A stretch of 36,470 bases of DNA from a bacterium (GCA_039930405.1 JBDTTW010000221.1:1-36470), one strand, 5' to 3'. Counted from the first letter of the stretch, positions 27,385-35,802 are shown. Made by a program: numbers and translations. Notes: a model not told the origin generated them from the letters alone.

Positions 27385-28813
27385 GCAGGTCTGGTTTGGC
27401 GGCCCCATCCGAGCCATCAACGGTCAGCAGGCGGTGCAAACAAAAGGCGTAAGCGACCAGGTAATAGACGTACCACTGGTAAGCGACTGAGGCGAAAAAA
27501 CTGACAACCATGTAACCAATTAAACTCGCCTGTAAGCCGATTGCCAGATAATGAAGCGGTGGGTTCCGTTTCGCGACGCGCGTTGCGTGTTCAATCTTTC
27601 GCAGACGACCCAGCGGTGTTAGCAAAAACGAAAGATAGACGATGAGGGCGCCGAGACCCATTTCTGATGCCACTTGAGTATAGGCATTGTGGGTCGCCTT
27701 GTTTGAGTTTGAGTAAAGAATGTAGTTGTCCATACCGACGCCAAGCAACGGGTGTCGGGCGGCAATCAGGATTGAACGCTTTAGATCGTCTGTGCGAGCG
27801 ATGGCCGAGTCGTCACTAGTGGTCGAGATGCGGCTGCGATAAGCGCTCGGTGCGAGAGCAATCGTCGCCAGCATGATCGCCAGCGCAATGCCGCCAAAAA
27901 TAACTCGATTGCGGCTCGCGAGTTTCCAAACCATAAACGCGACCACGCACATAAAACCGAGGAAGCCGCCGCGTGAAAACGTCGCGACCAGACCAGCCAC
28001 CAGCAACAAAGAGCAGCTCAGGTAAAACGTTTTCTTCAGAACTCCGCGCGAACCAATCATGAGGACCAGGCTGATGGGAATCATGGTTACAAGATGGAGC
28101 GCCAGGTCGTTGGGGTTACTGAAGAGTCCGCCGATCAAGCCGGCAATGCGCCGGCCCTCAAGCGCCAGGTGCCCACGCAGATAGTCGGTAAATGCGGCCA
28201 AACTCAACACGCAACTGGAAAACAATACGAGCAAGATCAGTGCCTGCAAGCGTTTCTCAGTTCGCAGGACATTCACCATCACGATGAACATCAATATGAC
28301 CTTGCAAAATTCGATGAAGCTTTGCAGCGCTTTTGCGGGCTCAAGGGCGAAAGGAACCGAGAGGATACCGGTCAGTAAGAGGAGGAATGCCAGCTTAACT
28401 TCGCGCGGTTTGGCTGTAAGTCTGTTTTCCAGTCCAAGCTGGGTTGGAACAAAGACGGCAAGCGTCGCGAGGGCCGCGACCAATGCGCTTTTGGACATCC
28501 AGGAAAGCGACGGGAACAATTCGTAAGGCCGAAAATATACGAGAAATGTGAAGACAAAGAGTCCGGCAAAACTGAGACTATGCCCGCTTTTCGCGAACCA
28601 GTTTTCTGCCTTCAGACTGGTATCCGGCACTAGCGGCGGGGCCAATTGGTCCACTGGTCTGGTAGATGAAGTGATTTGCAATCGCACCGGCACGTCCGAG
28701 CTCGGCAGGCTGCGACAACGCTGCCAATTATCCGCAACCGGCGCAGGTAATTGACGCCGGTGCGGCGCTGCGGTGACTGGCTCGTAGTCGTCTAGTTGAA
28801 GTTTCTTCGACAT
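27371..28813 (-). CDS. Wzy_C / O-antigen-ligase-family membrane protein; candidate Wzy polymerase or exosortase-associated O-glycosylation ligase
   Basis: 480 aa. A ~95-aa cytoplasmic N-terminus precedes about 10 TM helices. The family motif is ATHNAYTQVASEMGLGALIVYLSFL. It is the first gene of the long array and lies downstream of a terminator-like hairpin. Confidence 0.75.
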   Translation of the reverse strand: MSKKLQLDDYEPVTAAPHRRQLPAPVADNWQRCRSLPSSDVPVRLQITSSTRPVDQLAPPLVPDTSLKAENWFAKSGHSLSFAGLFVFTFLVYFRPYELFPSLSWMSKSALVAALATLAVFVPTQLGLENRLTAKPREVKLAFLLLLTGILSVPFALEPAKALQSFIEFCKVILMFIVMVNVLRTEKRLQALILLVLFSSCVLSLAAFTDYLRGHLALEGRRIAGLIGGLFSNPNDLALHLVTMIPISLVLMIGSRGVLKKTFYLSCSLLLVAGLVATFSRGGFLGFMCVVAFMVWKLASRNRVIFGGIALAIMLATIALAPSAYRSRISTTSDDSAIARTDDLKRSILIAARHPLLGVGMDNYILYSNSNKATHNAYTQVASEMGLGALIVYLSFLLTPLGRLRKIEHATRVAKRNPPLHYLAIGLQASLIGYMVVSFFASVAYQWYVYYLVAYAFCLHRLLTVDGSDGAAKPDLHENL

Positions 28814-28871
28814 CTAAAGTTCGTTTTGCTGGCCAATTGGTCGTTTGCCTAGCGACTAATCTTTCGCACTG

Positions 28872-28909
28872 AAAATCAAAAGAAGCTGCTACGCTGAAAG
28901 CGCCGCAGC
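28872..28909 (-). terminator. Putative intrinsic terminator after the sigma-like gene
   Basis: The minus strand reads GCTGC-GG-CGCT-TTC-AGCG-TA-GCAGC followed by TTCTTTTGATTTT. That is a 5+4 bp stem with a 2x2 internal loop and a U-rich tail. It starts 40 nt after the stop at 28949. Confidence 0.4.
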
Positions 28910-28948
28910 CTCGAATCACTTACAAAGACGAATTCCGAAAGATGGAAT

Positions 28949-30145
28949 CTAAACTGCGACCTCGTTTTCCTCGCTCGCCAACACGAGTTCTCTGACTCGC
29001 TGGCGCAACGCTCCTTCAAATCTCCTGGCCTCTTCAACCTCAGAGAATGAAAGCGCACGGAGCTCGGTTTCGATCCGGCGGCGATAATCCGAAACCAACG
29101 AATCCGAAACTCCCAGGACGGCCGCGACTTCCAATTGCGTCGACTGTGTTGGGCTCAAGTAACAGTGCCATAAGACGCCGAGAATGCGGTTGTACTGCTT
29201 GAGTTTGCCGCGGACTGTGTCGTGCAGGTTTTCAAGAAAGTGATCTACAAAGCCTGCTGCTTCGTTTTCCGATTCGCGTCTCAACAGACCCTGCTCGGGG
29301 TTTTCGTGCTTGTCGACCGGCTCGAAATGATTGCCGTCGCCATCGTTGTCGTCGCCATCCAACGGCACCAGATAAATATCCATGACCGGCAGTCGCGACA
29401 TGACCAGGCTTCTGAGCGTCCGAACATCAACCGGCGAGTCAACTGCGTCAAGCACGGAGACAATCAAGTCCTCGAGGTCCGAATTAGTGATGACAACTTG
29501 CGAATCGCCTGTGCAACCAACCATGCGCGTGTCGCGTGCGCGTACCGGAATTATGTGAACGCGCTGTTCGACGTCGTGTGAGTCGCGGCGGCGTTTGCCA
29601 TCCGCCCATTCGCTGAGACCATAAACGCGATCAGCTAGCCGGCGATGCGGTTCATCGCCAGTGCCACTAGTATCAAAGCGGCGGAAATTTGAGCTGGACT
29701 GGATAAGCGTGGAGATGCGTCGAGCCAGCCGATAACTTTCCGGATGACGTTTCCGCAGTTCAGCGGTCAGCAGGTTGGTGAGTTCTATCTGTCCAATTTC
29801 GCACTCGATTTCGTAATCGGTCATCTCGGTATCGAGATAATGCTCAAACCGATTCTTACTTAAGAGCTGAACGAAGAGCTCTTGAGTAAGGTCCGTATAG
29901 GCGCTGCTGGCACCTTCTTCAACGAGCAAGCCCGCACTGCGCGACGCCCTTACCAAAGGATGGTGGGAAACAATGCGGTGCAGTTCTGACCACAACCGGC
30001 TCACATCCGAGCACCTAAGACTCTCAACCCATTTACCACTCTTGGCCATTCGCTCGGCAGTGCGTTTCGCACGGAGCGAGGTCGGCGCCGGACTGGCGGG
30101 AGTTAAATCGGCTTCTTTTGCTACTTTACGGCTTAAAGATTTCAC
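28949..30145 (-). CDS. Atypical sigma-70/ECF-like regulator with a long insertion between region-2-like and region-4-like segments
   Basis: 398 aa with a GTG start in the track; an alternative ATG lies at 30049. The region-2-like segment is YTDLTQELFVQLLSKNRFEHY...IGQIELTNLLTAELRKRHPE. An acidic spacer of roughly 190 aa follows (DGDDNDGDGNHFEP). The C-terminal region-4-like HTH is YNRILGVLWHCYLSPTQSTQLEVAAVLGVSDSLVSDYRRRIETELRAL. Confidence 0.4.
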   Translation of the reverse strand: MKSLSRKVAKEADLTPASPAPTSLRAKRTAERMAKSGKWVESLRCSDVSRLWSELHRIVSHHPLVRASRSAGLLVEEGASSAYTDLTQELFVQLLSKNRFEHYLDTEMTDYEIECEIGQIELTNLLTAELRKRHPESYRLARRISTLIQSSSNFRRFDTSGTGDEPHRRLADRVYGLSEWADGKRRRDSHDVEQRVHIIPVRARDTRMVGCTGDSQVVITNSDLEDLIVSVLDAVDSPVDVRTLRSLVMSRLPVMDIYLVPLDGDDNDGDGNHFEPVDKHENPEQGLLRRESENEAAGFVDHFLENLHDTVRGKLKQYNRILGVLWHCYLSPTQSTQLEVAAVLGVSDSLVSDYRRRIETELRALSFSEVEEARRFEGALRQRVRELVLASEENEVAV

Positions 30146-30702
30146 GACAATTTTTTTCGATCAGGGGTGGACTTTAGATTTTGGAGGGAGCGTTTTCGCT
30201 TATTTGCTACTTGTCTAGGCGACAGAAATGTCGCGGGTCCTGGAATGGGCGACAGTCCGACTGAGATAAAGAGTGGTAAGGCGGTGGAATCTTTTTTACG
30301 GAAAAAGAATCTTCGTTAGTGAATCGGGGCTATTCTGTAGGTCATTGATTTTGCCCGGGTATTCCTGAGAAGACAGGCGGGCTGGCCCTGGAACGAGGGT
30401 CAAAGAGCAGGAGCTCTCTGACTTGACGCCGAGCATCTTAGCAACAATCCTCTCGATGAGCAACAAGTTTTTACATTTCCGGCAAGTTACTGATTCCAGA
30501 CTACAAAACTGGCGGCAGGAGTAAGAAAGTTGTGGAATGCAAACCCAATTGGGTCTATAAAGTCAGTGAACAAGCGGATGACTTTGCGGCTGTGTAGTTG
30601 AGGTTTCGCAAGCTAATTTGCCTCCTTGCTTCCTCTACTGATAGTTAAATTCTGTGCTTGCAAACGGCGCTCAGTGAATCTTGAGTAGATAGGGGCAAAC
30701 AA

Positions 30703-31038
30703 ATGAATTCTGCAACCGCAAAGTCGTTCGCCAAAAAGCTGGCCTGCCCTTCGTCAAACCTTCTACTTTCATTCAGCTCAAAAACGTTGGCGCCTGAAAT
30801 CAACCTTCTGGTGAAGCATCATCTAGCCGCTTGCGATTTTTGCTATTGCGAGCTACCGCTCTTGTCCTTCTACACCGTGCCGGCGAAAGGCGAAACGCGA
30901 ACCCCAGAACTTCCTGTCAATCTCAGGGCGTTGGCTGAGTCAATTTTGCTGGGAAACAGATTGGCAAGGGCGGGGTGTGCAGATGGGAAAAAAGAATTCA
31001 ATACTAGCGAAGCCGAAGACGCACCGAGTTCTAATTGA
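30703..31038 (+). CDS. Small soluble protein with a zinc-finger anti-sigma (zf-HC2 / ZAS) N-terminal motif
   Basis: 111 aa with an ATG start and AGGGG 8 nt upstream. CPSSNLLLSFSSKTLAPEINLLVKHHLAACDFCYCEL matches the anti-sigma pattern C...L...L.pe....v..HL..C..C..EL, including HxxxCxxC. No TM helix is present. Confidence 0.5.
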   Translation: MNSATAKSFAKKLACPSSNLLLSFSSKTLAPEINLLVKHHLAACDFCYCELPLLSFYTVPAKGETRTPELPVNLRALAESILLGNRLARAGCADGKKEFNTSEAEDAPSSN

Positions 31039-31066
31039 GTCAGTTCTGCCGCTTGGTTTCTCACCT

Positions 31067-32902
31067 TCAGGAATAAATTTCTTCAATCAGATCGTGAAAC
31101 TTTTCGTCTACTACGCGCCGCTTAACTTTCAGCGTAGGGGTTAGTTCGCCTTCGTCGATACTAAATTCGTCCGGCAACAAAGCGATCTTTCGAATACGTT
31201 CGTAGTCCGCGAGCTCGCGCGTGAGTTGCAGGATGTCGCTTTGCACCAACTTTATGGCAGGCGGAAACTCCGCCAGCCGGACTCGACTAGCAGGAAACTC
31301 TTCTCCTTTTTCCGTAAGGGCCTGCCGCAACGCTTCCCATTCCGGCACAATTAGCGCTGCCGGTTGTTTGCGGCCAGCGCCCACAACTACTACCTGGCTT
31401 ACCAACTCGCTCTGTTTCAGGAGACTCTCAATCTGCTGTGGCGCTATGTACTTTCCGTTTGAGAGTTTGAAAAGATCTTTCTTGCGATCAGTGATGTAAA
31501 GGTGTCCTTGCTTGTCGACATGGCCCACATCGCCAGTCGCAAACCAGCCATCTTCTAGAACGGATGCCGATTCCTCAGGATGTCCATAATAGCCACGCAT
31601 TACGTTTGGTCCCCGCAACAGAATTTCACCGTCAGCGGCGATTCTAACTTCGATTCCTGCAAAGGGTAGACCGACCGACCCCACCTGATTATTTTCAGGT
31701 CGATTGGCGGAAACGATACAGGTTTCCGTAGCGCCATAGCCCTGCAATATAGGAATTCCGGCCGCCAGGAATGCATGCGAAAGCACCGGCGAAAGCGGCG
31801 CGCCGCCAGAAACGAAGTAGCGCAAACGCCCGCCGACACCCTCCCGCCATTTAGAAAAAACCAACCGGTTGGCCATTCGCTGTTGCAAAGACAAAACTGG
31901 CCACACTCGCCCGCCCTTGTCTTTCCGCTCCGCGTACTGCTGGCCGACTTCAAGTGATCGCAGAAAAATCTTGCGCTTAATTCCCTTTTGAGAAAGGCCC
32001 TTCTTAACAATGCGGTGATAAACTTTTTCGAAGAGCCGCGGCACCGCGGTCATGATCGTCGGTCTTACTTCGCGCAGGTTTTCGCCGACCTGATCAAATG
32101 AGGCGGTGTAATAAACGGAAACGCCGTTATAACAGAAGATGTAAAAGCCTGTTCGTTCGAAGATGTGCGACAGCGGCAAAACCGACAGCGCAACATCGGT
32201 GGGCGCTATTGGCAAACCCGCAGTGATCGTCAACACGTTTGAGATGAAATTAGAGTGTGTCAGCATCACCCCCTTCGGTTCACCGGTGGTTCCAGAAGTG
32301 TAAATGATCGTCGCCAGATCGTCGGGTCTGATTGCCTTGAGATATGCATCGAATGCGGTCGGCTTGTTCTGAGCGCGCTGCCGTCCCGCTTTTTCGAGTG
32401 AGTTGAGCGTGAGCGACCTATCGCCGACAGAATCAGCACCGGGATCAAAGAAAACAATTCGTTCCAGAAAGTCGAGACCTGCCAGCGCCGGCGCGGCATG
32501 ATTAAATAACTTCTTATTGGAAACAAAGATGGCGCGTACGCCGGCGTCAGTAAGGATGTAACGAATTTGATCGATTGCCTGAGTCGTATAGATCGGCACA
32601 TTGATCGCACCAAGACTCAGAATAGCGAGATCGGCTATGGACCACTCGGGCCGGTTTTCTGAAAGCAAGGCAACGCGGTCGCCGGGCTTGACCCCAAGTT
32701 CGGCAAGTCCAAGCGCAACATCACGCACGCGATCGACAAACTCAGCCGCGGAAATATTTATCCACTCATTGCCGACCTTATGGTTAAGCGCGTCATCCTT
32801 CGCATGCCGTAACGCTGCGTCCAGGCAAAGTTCAGGGACCGACGAAACGGTCGGCGATTGGCCACGATTGGATTTTTCAGTTTGAAGAGAGGCAGATGCC
32901 AA
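31067..32902 (-). CDS. fadD: Long-chain fatty-acid--CoA ligase (AMP-forming, FadD/FAA1-like)
   Basis: 611 aa with the AMP-binding motifs IIYTSGTTGEPKGVMLTHSN, GYGATET, GWFATGDVG and TPTLKVKRR. Confidence 0.85.
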   Translation of the reverse strand: MASASLQTEKSNRGQSPTVSSVPELCLDAALRHAKDDALNHKVGNEWINISAAEFVDRVRDVALGLAELGVKPGDRVALLSENRPEWSIADLAILSLGAINVPIYTTQAIDQIRYILTDAGVRAIFVSNKKLFNHAAPALAGLDFLERIVFFDPGADSVGDRSLTLNSLEKAGRQRAQNKPTAFDAYLKAIRPDDLATIIYTSGTTGEPKGVMLTHSNFISNVLTITAGLPIAPTDVALSVLPLSHIFERTGFYIFCYNGVSVYYTASFDQVGENLREVRPTIMTAVPRLFEKVYHRIVKKGLSQKGIKRKIFLRSLEVGQQYAERKDKGGRVWPVLSLQQRMANRLVFSKWREGVGGRLRYFVSGGAPLSPVLSHAFLAAGIPILQGYGATETCIVSANRPENNQVGSVGLPFAGIEVRIAADGEILLRGPNVMRGYYGHPEESASVLEDGWFATGDVGHVDKQGHLYITDRKKDLFKLSNGKYIAPQQIESLLKQSELVSQVVVVGAGRKQPAALIVPEWEALRQALTEKGEEFPASRVRLAEFPPAIKLVQSDILQLTRELADYERIRKIALLPDEFSIDEGELTPTLKVKRRVVDEKFHDLIEEIYS

Positions 32903-32987
32903 GCAACATCCTTAATTGGTCTTTTGTTCGTCGAAACTTGCTAACGCAGGAATCATAATGCGATGACGCTCGCAATCGCATGCGAAT

Positions 32988-34481
32988 TCAGGTTACGGGC
33001 GCAGGTTCCGCCATTTGCGGATTCCCATTCGTGCTCTCTCGCCTTTTCTTTTTGCGTCGGGAATGCACTTCCTCGACCCGGCCATTCATTGTTGCTAACG
33101 CAGCCAGAATCAGGAACAGCAAAGTATTGGACGTTGTATGCAAGGTGAAATCGAAAAAGCTATGGACCAGGACGGCGAAACATCCGGCGAGCGCTCCGGT
33201 CGCCACGCCCCGCCTGAAATCGTCGCGCGACTCGCGCCGCGCAAATCCCATCCGAAACAACGCCGCCAGAAAGACGAGACCAAGAACAGCCCCGACAATA
33301 CCGCCGTCGGACAGTACCTGCAAATAGTCGTTATGGGCCTGCTCTAATCGTGAAAGTCCGTTTCGGGTGTCATAGCCTGTGTAAACAACTCCAAAAGCTC
33401 CCAGCCCCGTACCGATTACGGGATGGTTTTTTATGATGTCAACTGTCACGCCCCAAAAATGCGCGCGGCCCGTGGTCGGGTCATCAGCATTAACGGAGCC
33501 CACGATGCGGGTCAAGGCATCTTCTCCGCCCAGCAACACCACGCCGCCAAAGATAGCGATCACCATCGCCAGTGCTAAGCCGGCTTTCAATGCAGCACTC
33601 TTTATGCGTGGTTTCTTTTCGGTGTGTTTCTTCCGATGGCGGCGCTTAATTCCCATCAGCGAAACCAGGAAAAGCAATTCGGCCACCAGGCTGACAATGC
33701 CGCCGCGGGAATTTGTCATGACCAGGGCCACAGCCATCAAGCCCGCGGCGAATAGGTAAATAAACTTTTTCTCTCGTTCAACTGAGTTCGAAAAGATCAA
33801 CCCCAGTGGCAACGCCATGGTCAGTTCCATGTAACCCGCAAAGTGATGGCGATTGATAAAGGGGCCGAAGGCCTGGCTTTGCGGCAGCTCGCGGACCCAA
33901 TAAACCCGCGTGGGACTGGCAAAAGACTGGGTCAAACCGAAGATTGCCAGAACAAATCCGAATACGGTGATCGTTCTGACGAGCAAGCGGAGACGTTTCG
34001 GCGTATCGACAAAAACCAACGTTGCTGCCAGGTAAATCAGCAACGCGATGACCTCGATCACGATGAAGCGAGTTGCGTATGGGTCGAATGACAAACTCCG
34101 CACGAGCGGCAGCAGTGTCCCGCCACTGTCTGGATTTCGCAGTGGCAGCAGTTGAACCAGACCCAATGCCAGGACACCGATGAGCGGAAGCTGCAGCATG
34201 TTTTTGCTGAGTCGCACCGTGCCCAAACTCCAGCTATCAGCTACCCAAAGCACCAGCAGCACGACGCTGCCAAGGTAAAAAACCGCGAGTGCCCAGGCAT
34301 GCACGGTGCCGTAAGCAAGCGCCGAGAGAATAATTGCCAAACAGATAATCAAAAACGAGAAACGGCTGGCCAGCGTGTGGCGAATACGATAGCTGACATA
34401 GCCCTTGGCCTCGGCCAAACGCAATTCCGTTTCCTGCGAAACGAGGGCGCTATTTTCCGGACTTGAGGTCGAAGTCGTCAT
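32988..34481 (-). CDS. Second Wzy_C / O-antigen-ligase-family membrane protein
   Basis: About 497 aa from the ATG at 34481; the track TTG start is at 34496. It is polytopic, with the motif EQAHNDYLQVLSDGGIVGAVLGLVFL and a basic C-terminal tail, RRKKKRRES. It overlaps the end of the upstream TPR gene by about 32 nt. Confidence 0.75.
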   Translation of the reverse strand: MTTSTSSPENSALVSQETELRLAEAKGYVSYRIRHTLASRFSFLIICLAIILSALAYGTVHAWALAVFYLGSVVLLVLWVADSWSLGTVRLSKNMLQLPLIGVLALGLVQLLPLRNPDSGGTLLPLVRSLSFDPYATRFIVIEVIALLIYLAATLVFVDTPKRLRLLVRTITVFGFVLAIFGLTQSFASPTRVYWVRELPQSQAFGPFINRHHFAGYMELTMALPLGLIFSNSVEREKKFIYLFAAGLMAVALVMTNSRGGIVSLVAELLFLVSLMGIKRRHRKKHTEKKPRIKSAALKAGLALAMVIAIFGGVVLLGGEDALTRIVGSVNADDPTTGRAHFWGVTVDIIKNHPVIGTGLGAFGVVYTGYDTRNGLSRLEQAHNDYLQVLSDGGIVGAVLGLVFLAALFRMGFARRESRDDFRRGVATGALAGCFAVLVHSFFDFTLHTTSNTLLFLILAALATMNGRVEEVHSRRKKKRRESTNGNPQMAEPAPVT

Positions 34482-35751
34482 ACCAGACAGTTCCAAAAAT
34501 CGGACAGACCGGCTGATCAGGACAGCCCGGCCGGTAAACTTTTAGTTTGATCGCTTCAGCATTGGCCGCAGTCTTAAACGACAGCGTTAGCCTTTGCCAA
34601 TTATTATCTCCGCTCGGCGCGGCTGCTGAACTCGCAAGCACTTTGCTTTCGTCTGCAGCATCAAAAATCGCAACGGTCGGCGTCGATGCGCTCTCTAACC
34701 TCTCGGTTTGCACGTAGCATTCAAAATCATATTGCGTGTTCGGAGCTACCGGTATCAATTGCGATACATCAATGTTTTCGACATGAGAACGTACTTGAAA
34801 GAAAAGCCTGAGACTGTGACTTCCTGAATGAGCGACGCGCGCATCTATGCCTATCTGCAACTGCGGGGCAGACTGAACTTGCCAACCAAATAAAGCTCCT
34901 GGACCATGCGCCAGGTTACCTTCCAAGCCACCATCAACAACTTTTCCCAGCTCCACACGATACAAGGGGCCGGGCGCTACGTCGTTCCAAACCTCCATCG
35001 CCTGATGGAAACGTTTCGCGTTGATCAACTCGGCGATAATCAAATCGGCAACCTGCCGGTTCTCCCGTTTTTCGATTTCCGTCAACGAATTCCAAAGTCG
35101 CAGTCCTTCGTCAAACCGCGAGCGCTTGATCAGGTAACTGGAAAACCGCGCGCGCACTTCCGCGGTATTTCCGATCGCGGATTTCTGCGCTTCAAAGTCG
35201 TCCTTGTTGATCTGCCAGGCAAAATTGAAGAGCTGGGCTTGTAGTTCGGGATTGGCCTCACTGGCTTTTCGTAATTCTTCAAACCCCTCAGCGTAACGGT
35301 CCGAGCGCAGCAACAAGTTTCCCAAATACCAGCGCGGAAAGGCATAAGCCGGCGCGAGTTGAACTGCTTCACGCAATGATTTTTCTGCGCTGGCAAAATC
35401 ACCGGCCTGCTCCTGCGCCTCGCCCAAAGACATCCAGAAGCGGTAGTCGTTTGGGGACAGGCTCACCGCCCGTTCATACTCCGCCACGCTTTGAGCAATT
35501 TGATCGGGAGGCATCTCGACTTGGATGATGTTTCCGAGGCGCCAGTGTGTCAGCGGATCTTTGGGCGCCCAGCCAGCCGCCATTTGCGCAACTTCCAGGC
35601 GACGGGTCTCCGGAGAGAAGTATTCCGCGATGGTATTCCCCAGGTACCAACGCACGACAAACCAGGATGCCAACACTGCCACCAGCAAAGTGAGGAGCAT
35701 GATGATTTTCAGAGGCGCGCGCGCCTTCAATTGCATTAACTGGTCAGGCAT
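34450..35751 (-). CDS. Membrane-anchored TPR-repeat protein with a C-terminal jelly-roll / carbohydrate-binding-module-like domain
   Basis: 433 aa with an N-terminal TM helix (IIMLLTLLVAVLASWFVV). TPR units include AVSLSPNDYRFWMSLGEAQEQAGDFASAEKSLREAVQLAPAYAF. The beta-rich ~160-aa C-terminus (GSHSLRLFF...NWQRLTLSFKT...TVWYDDFDLK) resembles CBM4/9-type sandwiches. Confidence 0.65.
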   Translation of the reverse strand: MPDQLMQLKARAPLKIIMLLTLLVAVLASWFVVRWYLGNTIAEYFSPETRRLEVAQMAAGWAPKDPLTHWRLGNIIQVEMPPDQIAQSVAEYERAVSLSPNDYRFWMSLGEAQEQAGDFASAEKSLREAVQLAPAYAFPRWYLGNLLLRSDRYAEGFEELRKASEANPELQAQLFNFAWQINKDDFEAQKSAIGNTAEVRARFSSYLIKRSRFDEGLRLWNSLTEIEKRENRQVADLIIAELINAKRFHQAMEVWNDVAPGPLYRVELGKVVDGGLEGNLAHGPGALFGWQVQSAPQLQIGIDARVAHSGSHSLRLFFQVRSHVENIDVSQLIPVAPNTQYDFECYVQTERLESASTPTVAIFDAADESKVLASSAAAPSGDNNWQRLTLSFKTAANAEAIKLKVYRPGCPDQPVCPIFGTVWYDDFDLKSGK

Positions 35752-35802
35752 AAGGGCGGATGAACTCTGCTGGGAAGCTTCTTCTTCGGCCGTTAGAACA
35801 AG

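Noticed and set aside
28814-28948. Sigma-54-type (GG-N10-GC) promoter upstream of the EPS array, and likewise upstream of the exosortase gene (3292..3420)
   Set aside because: The candidate TGG...GC pairs (TTGGCCAGCAAAAC, and TTGGACGCTTTAGCA near 3380) have the wrong spacing. Neither is a convincing -24/-12 element.
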